DNA of 64,000 bases. Source: Pseudovirgaria hyperparasitica (taxonomy: Eukaryota). Of this stretch, positions 21,501 to 35,950 are shown one piece after another; position 1 is the stretch's first letter, and each line of letters starts with the position of its first letter. Made by a program: the position numbers and the translations under genes. The notes below the pieces were generated by a model. The model was not told the origin of the DNA, searched no databases, and saw only the letters and a list, made by a program, of their open reading frames with translations. The stretch lies in assembly GCA_010093815.1 (NCBI GenBank), contig ML996572.1; one strand, given 5' to 3'.

Positions 21501-22823
21501 AAAAACGGTTGTCCAAGGCCCGTGGGTACAGACAGAGCAACAGCCTCAACGTCGAGATTTCGCATATGACGTCGAAGACACGAATCCTCCGACGCATATA
21601 ACGGACTGTCAAGTCATCGAAGTCTTCAATGATCATCTATGCTACGTGGTTGTGGACAAGAAATCTCCCTGGTATCTGCCTCTGTCAGGTAGATTCACGA
21701 TGGTTAGCAAGATTGTGTTGACGCACGTGGCCAAGTCTCAATGTAAACTGGCAATCTTCATCAAGACAGAGTGGAACCCCAAAGGTTCCATCTTCAGACG
21801 TAAGTCAAACACCGGTCTTCCTAGACGTTCGCTAATGTCTATACAGCACTCATCGATCGCCAAGCTTTGAAAGACATGGAGCTCTCCGCTTTGGATCTCA
21901 TCGATGTCATCACTGATCAAGTCAACAAGCTAGGAAGCACTGCAAGAACCCGAAAAGCCATTCAGATATTTGGCAGCATCGGCCAGCAAAACACCGCCAC
22001 TCAGTTCGTACCCTCTGAGATTCCGTCTGCCATCAAGGACCGCAAATTTGTCCTCAAAGTCCGCACTCTACCCGGCATGACCATTAGTTGTGCTCGCCAC
22101 TACTTCATAGCAGGCATTCTTGTCGTCGCCAACGGTCTCATGTCCGTAGCATCCTCCATTCTCGAAGCCTGCACAGCGCATTCCATGCTCACAGGCCTGC
22201 TCCTGCTCAGCATCGCTTTCAACATGTTCTTCACACAACGCGACACCTTCACATGGTGGCGGGAGCGCGCCGCAGGCAAATTCATGGCCCGCATTGGCGT
22301 CGGCCCAAACATGTACATGTCACGCGCAGTATACATGCACGACCTCAACAAATTCACAAACATCACAGCATTCCAAGAAGCAGACGGGCACAACAGCTCA
22401 AGTAAATGCCGCACCGCATTCCATGACCTCCTCGTCGATCCCGAGCCCTCTTCGCTCTCGCCCTTTGACGCAAGCTCCACCCAGTCCATCACCAAGCACC
22501 GGCTGCAGCGCTCACGTCTGCGCCTCGGCACATATCGCCATGACCTCCTCGTTGCGCTCCGTCTCGTCAACCGCGTCGAGTCGGAGGTTTTGCAGGCGGA
22601 ATATGAGGACTGGCTTGTTGATGAGACGGGCCGCTGTCAGCGCGTGGGAGGTATGCTTGCCTCTGTGCTTAACGGCACGGACGGGGATGGCGGCGACGGC
22701 AGCAGCAGCAGCAGCGAAGCCGATGCGATCCAACCATGGTACGAAGAGTATTGCGGGAGCTGTAATAGGGAGATGGAAAGGATCGGCTTGAGTGTGCATG
22801 GTGGTGTGGTGTCGTACGTGTGA
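18550..22823 (+). CDS. SIP3: Sip3/Lam1-like BAR-PH-GRAM-VASt membrane-contact lipid transfer protein
   Basis: Introns 18612-18671 and 21800-21846 give LIPVVLKEAALDSPTFR (BAR), a PH domain (WVRRWYFVKNGIFGWL..RRFCFEV), GRAM-like FPGRVYVT, VASt-like ISAKSLFHVLFGD and a C-terminal TM region. Confidence 0.88.
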
Positions 22824-23937
22824 ATGTCCTTGCGCGAGTGTGCACTCCTCGAGGGTCTGTGTAGGAAAAACAACTACACACTAGATCTTGATATCCATAT
22901 CCCGTCTGGACCTCCCACATGTATACTACTCATAGGATCGTCAGAAAGAAAAATAAATAAACATATCTCCAAACAGAGAACAGAAACCTCGATTTTGACT
23001 TGACGCCCAGGAACCGTGAACCGCACCGCTGCACACATCCCGCAACTGAGCTCGAATTATCCACGCATCCTTCGCGAGACCTGCAACTCAACCTGCCACA
23101 TCTCCAATCCATCTTAATCTTTCATTCCAATACAGTCAAGTCCAACTACCGCCTCGGGTGTCGGACACTGACGAATATACCCTAATCTGGATTGAAATGC
23201 GCATTTGAGCGGCGATTCGTGTTTGTTAGAGTATGAAGTGTCCCTTCCCTGTCTTGTCTTGGAAGGGGGATCTATGACAACTGTGATATCGAAACAGTCT
23301 GCATATGTCCACAGGTTTTACTTACTAGGTCATTTCATCATCAGTCATCATCATGCACAACAGTTATAACGGCTACGTGACAGCACATATATATATCAAC
23401 AAGCGCAGTCATGTCATAATGGCACTCACTCATGGGAGTTAGTGCATTGGTAGCATGATAACATGCAGACACTCAAAGTTGTCAAGATATGGTATTTTGA
23501 CATTTGTTTCGCGAAGAAACCAACTCCAAGGACATGCTTATGCCTATCCAAGAGTAAACCATGCCATGCCATGCCGTGCATACATACATACATTATCATG
23601 TAAAACAGTCGTGAGAATAACGGTGCGAAGCTCCAGGACAATCCGATGAACTAGGGTATCACGCCCCTGTGAGTAATAAAAAGCCAGCGTATTGCACCCA
23701 GTCCTAGTAACGCCGCAGAAACCCATTGAAGGTCCTTGTTAGGTTTTTTTTTCCCTCTATACCAAACGCCCGATCTGAAACGCCGGTATATGTCAAAAAC
23801 GAATACTGAGATGACTCGTATTGCATGCTGCTGTCCTGCCAGAGGTACAACGTCTACAGTACCAGACTGCACGTAAATATATATTGCCAAATCCTTCGAC
23901 TATCTCTCATGTGCCTCCCGTCATCGTCTCGTTAGTT

Positions 23938-26900
23938 TCACAATCCAGTGTTCGAGCTGTCCGTATTGCCATACTGGTATCCGCCCTGGTGCATGTATGG
24001 CATCGACCATTCATCACCAATGAAGTCAGGACCGTCCATGGCTAAATTGACGCTCATTGGGCTGGATTGTGTCCCTATCACAGGGAACTGGTGAGGATTC
24101 GGATTTTGCGTGAACGACTGGGCATGTGTGGCGGAGTTCTGAAGCATGTACATTGGCACTGTGCCGAAGAGTTGTACATCATCTTGTATACCGGTACTCT
24201 CGTAAACCATTTGGCCCTGATTTCCGTTCATCAGAGAGTCGTTCAGAGACTGTCCAGACGTATCCATGAAAGTTATATTTTTCAAATCCTGTTCAGACTG
24301 GTTTCCGAATGGTTGACTGTTATTCTCGAACGTTGTCATTGGTTGGTTGGGGTACGCGAATGGATCAGCGGACGGAAACATCATGGCGCTCATGTCTGTG
24401 ACGGGTGGTCCGAATTCCGAGGTGGTGGCAAAACCATTAATGACAGGCGTTCCAGGAAATTGCTCAGATAGAGGTCGATTGAAACTTGCTGATGATGCCG
24501 ATGAGGGGGTCATACCAGGTGTTGGCTCAAAGCTGGAACGTTGTGGCGAAATTTGGTATTCCATACCAAGAGGTATCTGCTGTTGTACCAGATGCGAATT
24601 GTAAGGATTTGTAGTCTTGAATGGATTAGAAATGTTATCAGGACATGTAGAAGCGCGACGAGGCTTGAAAACAGAGCTCTTAGTGCTTACACTCAAGTCT
24701 GGCTGAGAAGAAGTAAGGGGATTAGGCCGAGGCTGATGAGGTCTTTTCTTGTGAGTCAGGGGTGGTATACGGGCCTTACGAAGGTGCTCCGGGACTTGCT
24801 CGAAAACGGTCTAATTACCATTAGCTCGATGGATCAACATAGTCTCTTACGTTTGGCTTACCGCTAAAGTGACTGAGCATCGATCTGCAGCTAGACTTCT
24901 CTTCGCCAATTGCGAAAGCGTATCCTTCCCGGCCTGCGCGTCTCGCAGTACTTGGCGACTCGTGGGATCATCAGGGTTTTGGAGAACGAAAAACATCAAC
25001 GACATGATCGAGAAGTATGTCGTATACATTGTAGACCAGTAGGCGCCAGCCAACAGATGCCGAGCCTTCATCTCTACAGCGATGTGGACAGCGTTTCGCG
25101 CAACGCTGACACAGGCAACAGCGCATGCGTAAGCTCGTGGGTCAATATCTTTGGACCGGTATTGATCGCATACGTAGTGAAGGAATGGTCGGTACAGCAT
25201 CATCTGCGCATGCGCATAAACTAGTCGTAACATATGCTGACATCTGTTCACGTTTAGCCCTCAAGATGATCTGACGTGTGCAGAAACCATACCGAAAAAT
25301 GATACGATTATCATCGCCGCCAGGACGAAGACCCGACGGAAGGGAGCTCCTCCATTGCTCTAGCTGTTGCTCAATGTCGCGGATAGTCGTTAAGCTCACA
25401 GTATAATTTTGGCCAGTAAGACCTGTTTCTGCTGAGGTGGTGCCCTTGATAGGATATATTGCACGGACCACGCGACCTATGATGATCATCAATTTAGCAT
25501 GATGATTGAAGGCAGTCATCACGGAGGTTTTCCCGGCTGGAAACGGTCGGATCTCTTCCTTTGTGATGTATTCGTCATCGACCTCTGAAGGAAAGTCCTG
25601 GTCTATATCCTCGTCATTGAGGGTATAAGGTAGACCTATAAGTGCACCAACGTAGAGATCGATTTTTCGAATAACCCAGAAGATTCGTTTGCGCAGCTCC
25701 TGTTCGATACAATTGAACTTTGCGTTGAATGAACGATGCAGACCTAGACGAAGAGCAGATCGTATCGCAACACCTATATAAGAGTAGCATGTCGATAGCT
25801 TCGCAGAGCTTTGCAGAAATAGGATCATAAAGATGACGGCCTGAATGGACGGGATATCCCTGCATTCAGCAATATCTAATAATTTTCGTGAGGCCTGGAA
25901 GTACTTAAAGCTGCATATTGACGTCAGCCGCCTCCCTAGGTCAGACCCGCAGATACTCACCCTTTGTCAATCGCACTCTCATATCCCAACTTGTCCAGTT
26001 CACCATCATCCTTACTGAACAGCGTGCCAACGGCAAGAGCTGCGTACAGTAGAGGTAAGAAAGTGTGATCGTCGTGGCTATAGTTGTCGTGGGTATTGTC
26101 GTATATTCTGTCAAAGGACTGTTTAAATGATGGCATGTGGACGAAGCGAATGATGGCAGTAGCGTCGATGATAGCGAGCTGGCAAAGCTTCCACGCTTCC
26201 TCCCGAGGGGGAAGGTCTACGACATCGAGTCCGTGGTGAGGCGCATTGGAGTCAAGCGGCGATTCGGACGACTTGGGAGAATCGAAGACGGTTGATAATG
26301 GTCGTGATTTTACGAATGGTGTACCCTGTCCCTCTGGACCTATAATGTCCCCTAGTTGCTCGCGCATCCGTCGTATGAAGGTGAGACCTGAAGATCCACC
26401 GTGGTAATCCCAGTAACCTTGCTCGTCCAAGTCAAGGTTGCCGGTAGCTTTGACCATAGATTCAAGGCGACCTGAGTCTACTCCTTCTTCCGTGTCAGCT
26501 CGAAACCCGTTTCCTTGTCCAATCACGGTATTGCTATGTGCGCCTGCTTGACTCATGTGAGACAGCATGCCGGCCTGAAGCTTCTGTTCAAGATTCGGAT
26601 CTTTGAGGTCGATGGGTAGATTGGGTAGAAGAGCACCAATTACAGCCTTTGCACGCTTCAATTCGTTTTCGAGAGCTTCAATATATTGGGGTTGAGCATT
26701 GCGACGCCGGTTCGAGGGTTGATCATATGTACATTCTGATTTGTGTGAGCACCTTTGCAAGCGAAGTCGTTCTGTGGGAGATTTGCGAACCATAGCTATA
26801 GACTGTACAATGCGTACACGGCTGCTTGCCGTCACATTTAATCTTCTTCCTGCGACATTCGTCACAGGCTCTTGTCACACGTCTTCTCTTCTGCATCGGC

Positions 26901-27058
26901 ACTTTTGGAGCAGTCTGGTCGCCATTATCAGCCAGTGGGGAGCTGTGATCGTCGGAGTCGCTGTCGTGATCATTCGTCGCGGATGTGTTCCATGCAGCGC
27001 CTGAGTGAGAGGCGCTGGTGGTGGTCTGGTCGAAAGGTTCAGCGGACGATGCTTCCAT
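23938..27058 (-). CDS. ASG1-like Zn(II)2Cys6 transcription factor (multi-exon)
   Basis: [32 protein letters not shown] spliced to [13 protein letters not shown]; fungal TF domain ([28 protein letters not shown]) across ORFs 25957, 25142, 24847 and 23938. Confidence 0.9.
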
Positions 27059-30000
27059 GACAGAGCTGAGAGCGAGGGGGAAGGTGGGGAAGACAGGGAA
27101 GTGGATAGAGCACGGAGATATGAATAGGTGGAATTGTCGTCTGGTTGAGTCAGCAGAAGGGACACCGTCCGCCCGTGAACAGCCAAGGAGGGTGTGGAGA
27201 GGAAATCCCAGTAGTAAAAGGCTTGGGTGGAGCGGGATGTGTCAGGGAGCTCTCCAGTGGAGAGGAGAGGAATGAAGCCTCGCTCCTAGCTGTGAACTAA
27301 ATGGTTGAGATAGAAGTCGGGGGTGGAGATAGTGAAGACTATCTCCGAGTGCAATTCCCGGGCATCTTGTGTAGTCACATAATATATATAGAGCGAGAGA
27401 GACGCGCAAAGCCACATGGTCCAGATCTACGTATGGAAAAAAGGTATCTTGCGGTGTTGCGCGCGACCATGATCACCAAAGTACGTACGTAGTGAGTATG
27501 ACACGGCAAAACACACATTGGGATGGGAATTGGGATAGGGTGGTCCGAGCGTTGGAAGTTGGAAGTGATGATGATGATGACAACTGCGCAAATCCTCTGG
27601 GCTCCTCTCGGCGTCTGCACAGACCCTTCTCACCACAGCTTCGGGACCAGATCTATATTCCGTGAGGGATTGGGGTGCGACTGTCAACAAATCAACAAAT
27701 GGTGATACACAATGCCCCTTTCATTGGACACCGCTGCCGATCGTCATTGTCGCCCCGGCATTTCGCTTACATGCACTGCACTCTGCACTCTGCACTCTGC
27801 ACGTTAACACGATAAAGCCCAGCTTGACCCTGGCTTCGCACTGCACGGCCGTATTTTTCAAGAACTTATAATGTGCAACTAATCATTCTCTTCTTCAGAT
27901 TGGACGAGTCGAGGCCAAGACTATTCGCCGCCGGCCTGTAGATCCAACAAGCGTATTCTCCAAGTTTGGCTCCAGCATTTGATATGATATTCTAGTGAAC
28001 CTAGTCGACCGCAAAACACTCCAAGGACCTTGCCTGGCTCCGCCGAGTCACATCACCATACCTCAGGAAAGAGTATGATCAAAATGTCCGCATACGCGGT
28101 CTCTGGCTGATGACAAAGCTCGTGTTAGACGCCTGCAGATCACTGAACTGTTCCAGCTGGTCTAGATGCAGGTCCTCTTCCGTTTAGCAGCTCTATCAAA
28201 TGCTTACGCATTAAATGCCTCTCATCTTCACCAGCGCTGACACGGTAACAGCCTTTATCAACGACCTTTGACGCTGGAAGAGGTCCCAGGGGCGACAGAC
28301 CTGCACACTGCTCTTTGTCACAATCCCAGCAGACGCTTGCCGCTTCTTAGGCGCCGTCTGCAAGCCGCAACTTGTGGAATTGTTCTTGGGAGACTTGGCT
28401 GTTGGGGTTCGTTCAAGCTTTTCACTCTTCCAAGCCTTGTGGGCCGACCACTACGAGAGAGCACTACGCCACCTGTCGCGAAACTCGAGCATGTTCCCAC
28501 TAATTAAGACCTCTTGTAGGCCGCGTCATCTTTAAGACTATTGAAGAAGTACCTTATTCAGGTATAACTCTCTCAGCCCGCTTAGTCATAGGCCAGGATT
28601 TCGACTAGGGCATTACGTGCTGTTCCCTCCCACTGTCTGCACAAATTTATCACCAGACCAGCTGATTCCAAACAAAGTCCAGCGTTCAAGGTTATAGGTT
28701 TAGGCTAACGTTGGGCAGGCTAGTACTGTGCAAAAGCGATTCTTTGTGACTCGAATTTCGATCTTCCAATCTAATCAGCCCGATGCCATTCAGGTAGGTA
28801 TTGATACTCCCCTGAAAGTATCTCTATAATGATCGATCTCCTTGACTGTATAACTGTGGCAGGCCCAATATCTGCACGTCCCCTCGCTTCCAATAAGCCT
28901 CGGCCTCGGTATACCTTAATCGACAACGCTACCCCGCTTTAGGCCTAATAGGTGAAGTCGCTTACTGTTGGGAATGCGGACCTGGCTCCACTTGCAAACT
29001 TTTTGCAGGAAACGATGTCCTTGACAGCCATGCGACATTGCAACATGCGCCAAATGTGCACCCTGCAATGCGACCATACAGCCTACCAATTGTGTAGGTC
29101 TTCTTGGGTAATCTTGTCACCGTATACTATAGATGTCATTGGACGATTACCTCGTGCCATCCTTCTATACAAAGTTTGTAAAAAGTAACGAACAATCCAT
29201 CATTATCCTCTCTACGTATCCGTTACAAGAGGTACTATAGATACGAGCGGATACGATCACATATGTATAACTTTGTAACACGCCCGTCGACCGTGGAACC
29301 AGGTGGTGTGGCGTGACGCCAAAGGCCAGTCTGTACAAACTCTATTTACATTCACCGAGCATATCGCCTCGAACCCTGCCACGGCTGTCATCAAGACCAA
29401 GGAGCTTTATGTGTGCCTCCGGAGAAGCCTCAATCGAGAGTGGATATCAATCCCGCTGCCGAGCCGCTTGGACCCAAGACAGCGGATTGCCTGCGAGGCG
29501 CGAGTGGAGTCTCGGCGTCGGGTCGGGAGTTCTCCAGCAGAACGTCTCTCGGATCGGCCTTCTCTAAACCCGAAGCGGGCGGAGAACGAAGAAGGGCGAC
29601 TGCGTTTACTCTGGCGAACGCATTCGGAGAAGCTTGTCTAGAGCGGAACGATTTTATTGACGTTTGAATATGGACAGGGACAACTATGATAATTTAGGCT
29701 CTTAAGGATCTACAAAACCACTAGTTTCATACGACACTGGTGGGTATGTGGAGGGATGTATACGTAGATGGTGTAGATTGACTTGGAGATTTCAAATGTA
29801 TAAAGCGTGTTCGAAAGTAATACGTACGATCTACATCGAAAAGCTAATAGCTGTACTTAATTTGCTTAGTATGTCACGTCGAGTACGAGGTCTGTTACGA
29901 TTATATGTCCGTCCTTTGCTACGGGTTAGCATTATAGGATCAAGTTGTATAGAACTAGGGATAACACCTTCCTTCGATAAGATCATCTTCCACATTCCGC

Positions 30001-30479
30001 AAACAGACGAAACCACTACTGAAACGATTCCAACTATAATTCCATGCCACCACATCAATAATAAGATATTTTAAACAGACAGAATTCTAGATATGTAGCA
30101 CTTCTACTGGTCTTGAAGTTATTAGATATCGCTGCTATCGTTGCTACCCTGTAGTCGCTTATGTTCGCGGAATAAATGTGTCCAAGAGGCTGTTACTACT
30201 TTAACCTCAATTGCATATACATTAAAAGCTCCAAAGTTAAGATAAGCCAAGCAACTTACCATCGCCTATGAAGCGGAGCATCAGTCCTTTCATCCATGAT
30301 AAGTATCATCACCACACTACTATATACGATTCCTATCTTGTTGCTTAGCATTTGACATACCACTCTATTATAACTACGTAAGCCATGAAGACGACATGTT
30401 CTCTTCGTAATAAATCAAGTTCATAGTAATACGTCATTTTCCTAGAACATAAGTCGCTTATCATTTTTCAGTTCCACGC

Positions 30480-31150
30480 ATGTGTTTATATACACCCATT
30501 AAATAGTTATTCTACCTCTCTACCTCTATATATAAGTCTATATAATAGAATATCTATATAGACTTATAGAGTAGAATAAGATAATTAATTCTACTCTATA
30601 TACCTTCTAAGCTCTATACCCTCTACTATACTCTATAGTAAGAGAGCTTATTTTCTTAGAGAAGAAAAAGAAGATAGACTTTCTAGAACCTAACATGTTC
30701 TTCGAATAGCTCTCTTCTAAGAGCTTTTAAGAATTTATTAAGCCTCTTCCCTATCTCTCGAGAGAAACTTTATAAGAATAAAATAAATCTATAGAAGAAT
30801 TATATATCTAATTACTTAGTTTATTTACTTTTGAAGTTCTTATATACTTAGACTAGATATAAGAGTAGTAAAGGCTCTAGATAGAAAGATAGGGTAGAGA
30901 ACGCGTTTTTATAAGTGCTTAATAACCTAGGTACTAGAAAAACGATGGATGTGTTAAAGGCTAAGCTCTATTTAAAATAAGTTAATGTTCGTTTAGAAGG
31001 AAGTAAGAATATAGTGGTACTTCTGTCTCAACGGACTAATAACACGACTGTTGAATACTTCGCCTTCTGTAAAATTCGCTCTCTCTCTCTCTTAACTCTT
31101 GAAACTTCAATCAATCAATTAATAAATCAATAAATGCTCTTATAACCTCA
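30480..31150. mobile_element. AT-rich, TpA-saturated relic, probably a RIP-destroyed repeat or transposon (family unidentified)
   Basis: Very high TA dinucleotide density and near absence of CA/TG (e.g. tatataagtctatataatagaatatctatatagacttatagag); no ORFs. Confidence 0.55.
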
Positions 31151-33299
31151 AGTTTGTTAGTTTAATAGTCTGGACTCCGCGGCTACGATCGATACAGTGA
31201 TACAGTCGTCTCGACTAGTATAATTCAGGTCACGGAGCTCGGAGTTTACGAATGACGGCCGGATGTTACTACGTCGACTGTCTGTTAGTGGTTGACGTGG
31301 ACTTGACACTGTGCATATGAGTGTAAGGTGGCGGGCTCCACGCACCAACGATCTACACCAAAAGGACCAAATCTTGAAGCTACTGCTTCAAGGGTAGAGC
31401 ACACTGCTTATATACGACTGCTACACACATGTAGAATCAACTGGCAGGCCACGTGCCTGACAATGAGTGCAAAACATTTCAGGCTTTTTTTACAACTACG
31501 CCGGAGTACACTAGTCTATAACCAGTTAGAGCATCCGAAGACTACTAACATAAGCTATACATTCCTTACCTAGTACGCCGACTCTAAAAATAAGTATGTC
31601 TGCCTTTACTAATTACTACTACTCCTCCTATAGAAGACCTCTCGGACGGCATTGTCCATGACCTTTGTAAGCACGCCCCAAAATCTACTTACTATCGATT
31701 TCTAGCCTGGCCCACCAATAATCGAAAAGGTATTTAAAGTATATAGTACTTTTCTAATGGGTATTTTGTATATTTTTCTAGCTAAGTCATGCTATTCGCG
31801 TTGCTAATTACCCTCCATGTTACTTATGGTCACAGAAAAATGCCGCTCAGCATGGATTGATAGCTTGGCAGACTCCACCTTAGCGTTCGCTTCTTCGGCC
31901 GCTCTATGCGCTCATTCTCTGCTGACTCGAAATCCCCGCAGGAGCACGTACTACAACTGACGGACTTCTACGGTCTTGTTAGTCGACATTGCTGGGACTA
32001 TACAGCTGCCATAGCTCGTAACCAAGTCAACGCCAAGACCTGGAGTGCATCCTCTTTCCTTAGCTACGTATATGGATGTGAGTAAGAGGCATCAACGTTG
32101 TTTGGTCTCTTCCGAGAATCACGCCATTCGTTGCCGCACCCTGAAGAGCCTCTAGAACTTCCGTTATACCACGTGTTGCATGTAGCACGCTCACGGCCTG
32201 CTCTATCCATCCATCGCGTGTCGTCTTCTGCGAACTCGAGCGCGCCGCGGTATTTTATCAGGTCGGCCCAGAATACCGGTATCTAAGAAGCCATTTACCA
32301 CGAATGTTGCGTCTTGGTAAAAACAGATCAGACCCCCTCACCTAACGATCCTAAAAGTGATGTCTTTCATTCTTGTGAGCACTCCCAAGGTACTCCATTG
32401 TATGCACTTTCGACATCGAACCCAACCAGTGACAAATTTTCTCTCACACTACGTTTCTTTCATCTTCACTATTGATAGTTGGAGAGCTTCTTTCCTTTCT
32501 TGTACCACTGATTTAGGTGCGGAGAAGCCGATTCCTTGTTTCCGCTCAGTAGAATGCTCTGCTACATTAACTCGTCTTGAGGTCTTCGTTTGCATGCTAG
32601 ATCGATATGTGTCCAGTACCCTGTTGTCGGGCCGTCCAGGATTCCTTAGAGGCAGTCTGATCAATGAAGGTCGATGGCAATTGCCCCAATTTGATCAATG
32701 CATTAGAGGGCGTGGACGAGTTTCTGAGTCGTGAGCCAGACTTATTTAAAGTTACACTCGCTATACAATTCATTCCCGGTGCTTTATTTTAATTTTCGCC
32801 ACGCGGCCGTGCGTCATGCAGCCGTGCATGTTTTATATCTTTACATAATTAAAATTAGAATCCTTTAAAAGAAATACCTTCAAGTTCGCTAAGCTAATTA
32901 CTAGAACAATTCACATAGAATCCCGTATATAATGGAAGTCCGGAGTATCGAGCACGTGCACCAAGGAAAACGTATTCTCCGTGTATATTATAGGTTATAA
33001 ATGTTGGGTATAGTGCAACAGGATATAAGACTAGAGTCGAGATAGCTACGCTCGTGCATACGTGCCAGGATTCTAGATGTTTGATAGATATACATGTATA
33101 TGGAAGTAGGCGAATCCTATGCGAAGGAGATCTGTAGAAGGTCCCAGTTGCCTAAACAGGACTAGTGATTAATGACATACTATTGCGTTCTTAATAAATA
33201 TCCTTTGATTTCTTCTTTCCATTCATGACTATTATCTATGTACCCTCGCTCTATGTTCGTCTAAAGCTGGTACCTCTACTTTAATCATTTTTTGTTATA

Positions 33300-34265
33300 A
33301 TGCTCTCTCTTCCACTCTCTCTGACGCTCTTTGGGGGATTACTTTCTCTAGCTCTGGCTGATATAACGTATGGCTTTTATCCAGAATGTATGAACTATCC
33401 AGTCCGCCCTATCTTCGAGGAAGCTCTACATATGACTAGGCTGGCTAGAGAGGGCATTTCCTTATGGAACATTCCAGATCATCTAAAGGCTTCTTTCACA
33501 GTCATCTTCTATGGATATGACTCGGAAGCTCGGAACAAGGCATCTGAAGTATTAGGATTGGTAGGCGATTTGACAGAGGCCTCCTGGACAACTGCAGACA
33601 TTCGAATTTTCTGTGACGACAACCACTGGGAAATGTTACCAGATGATCAGCTCACCCCGGATCAAGTTCCTGAAGACCACTCTCCGGGCGAACCAGTCGC
33701 GTTCGATCCCATCAACGATGTATATCTGAATGAGAAACCTTGCGCCGAATCGAATATTGTTTATCGGATCTCACGGAGGCCCCAAAGATCCCCTGAGCTC
33801 CCAATGCAGCTCACCATCACATGGTGCGGGGAATTCTGGCCTACGAGTCGTTTTTTTACACTCAAAGATCCGCCTCAAGATGTGACCTTCAGGCATACAC
33901 AAATGGACGCAATTCGGTACGCCTGTTTAACTCCTCTATTCGTGGCCATACTACTAGATGCTGTATATCCCGACGGTAAGTCACACCCCCCGTGCATTCG
34001 TTCATCTGTCTTCACAGATACTAAAAGAGTATTATAGCTTTGGAGATAGCCACAGCATGGCGTGATGCTTTAGCGTTATCTAGGGCTGAAGCACTTAGTA
34101 ATATAGATAGTTACGGTAGGTTGAATTATTATTAAACCTGTAGGCGACCACTAATACTATATAGTGTTTTATTGTATTTTGGCACTCTTAGAAAAGACGG
34201 GTTATAAGCTGATACAAGAGCCACAGTTTATCGGAGCCGGATGGGTCCTGAGAGCCGATGAATAA
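33300..34265 (+). CDS. Secreted zincin (M35-like) homologue lacking HExxH, 3 exons
   Basis: Signal peptide MLSLPLSLTLFGGLLSLALA. Introns 33976-34037 and 34116-34164 give ...VAILLDAVYPDALEIATAWRDALALSRAEALSNIDSYVFY...ADE*. Confidence 0.7.
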
Positions 34266-34380
34266 CGATCATATATATATTTTACAATTACCTATGTTTC
34301 TATAACGGCGCCATCTAGAACTCCTCGGGTTTTCTTAGTCTTAACTGAGATTCCTCGGTATTAGGTTTGGGGTTAGTCAT

Positions 34381-35380
34381 CTTACTTGGTCTCTGACTCA
34401 ACTCATCTTTACTGTATTACATAACCTCTCCTTTGACCTTGTCAAGACCCCTCCCATCTCAAGCCGTCAACAGTAAATTCCCTAGGCCTCGACCTCAGTC
34501 ACACCCAACTTCAAACACGAGCCGCACAAGATATCGTAATGCCCAAGCACCCTTTTAAACCCGTGGTAGCAATCACACGATATACCATCCTCCTCCCCCT
34601 CAGCGGCCGCTGCCCCATCAATCATAGAATTCGTCGCAAGCGAAGTTTCCCAAAGCCAAGACTCTGACGGGCGTCTCTTCGCGTCTTCCTATATATTAAA
34701 TAGCCATTTCCGTTCCTGTCATGAGATGGGTACCCGTACAGACCGACCACGGGCATACGAAGTCAATGGCTCGGCATAGTCTACGTCCAGCACTACCCGG
34801 ATGAACTAGGCGACACACCATCTACCAGCGCTACGGGAGAGTGTCGACTCGCTAATAGTACTGATACAGCGCGAGGTCCCTAAGGTCCGCTCTCAGGATC
34901 ACATTTCACTCGACAGCATCAGCCAAAGCGATACGACCGCGCACACAGTGTTGTCGTACAACGATCTGTTCAAAGCCCCGATTGTCGGGCTTTACAAATA
35001 GCTATCCTGCCGACCAACAGTCTCGGACATCGCGAATTGCTTCTAGAGCGAAAGTACGTACCGCGTATCGGTCGTAGATACAGATTAATTCAGTTGATTC
35101 TGGCACTGACACTCATCAGACAGGCCGGCCAGTCAGGCTTACCGCTAAGATTGCCCATGGTATAAAGGTACTGCCCGGACTTGCGTTGCTCAGCTTGCGG
35201 TCGCGCATGTGGGTGCGGTTGTGGTGGGAATCTGGGGCGATGAAACAACTCTGGGCTGCAATCTTGCTTTTTGTGCGGTGCTGGAGGCATTATTGATTTC
35301 CCTGCTCGTGTTTCAAATCCACAGATTCTACAGAGGAGGCCAATCGAGAGATTGACAGTGACCTTGACAACTTTATCGAG
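34381..35380 (+). pseudogene. Probable RIP-inactivated gene remnant
   Basis: One frame (34381-35053) is interrupted only by TAA/TAG stops (34474, 34483, 34537, 34567, 34777, 34807, 34999, 35044), never TGA, and ends at a GTACGT donor. A TM-like coding stretch follows. Confidence 0.35.
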
Positions 35381-35950
35381 TCTTCTTAGGAGATTAAGGA
35401 GGCAGTTGCGAAGGCTAAAATCACAGTGAAATTTCACAAGGGCAAATTAATAAGTATAAATAGCAGTACTATAGATAAATCTCTATTTTCTATTCTAGAT
35501 AGATATATTATTATATGTAGATCTGCTGTTGGCCCTACTAAAGTCAATAAAGTTATAAAAGTATAGAACCTACCCATATTATATCGTCGTCTACTTCGTT
35601 AGCGAAACCAGAAAATATTACTCTAAAAGTAACTATTGCATAGATCTTGTTTTGACGACAATCGTATCTAATCGTTGCAGCTATATAATTATTTAGTGAT
35701 ATTTATAGAATAATTCTCTAGGAGGCCTGGAACCCCTGGATTTCCATTTATAGCTCTAGTACGAGAATAAGAATGGTCCTTTGACTGACGCCATATACGA
35801 CATAACAAGTATCACGAATCGTAGAAAGCACGAAACAGTCTCTATACAGCTATTACAGAAACACCCAAGCTATATTCTCTGATCTCACACAATTCCCACC
35901 CACCCCCTATCCCCCCCTCCCCTCAAGACCCCCACTCATTCCCTATCCCC

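Noticed and set aside
27773..27802. (TGCACTC)n heptamer repeat upstream of the ASG1-like gene
   Set aside because: Short simple microsatellite with no evidence of function.
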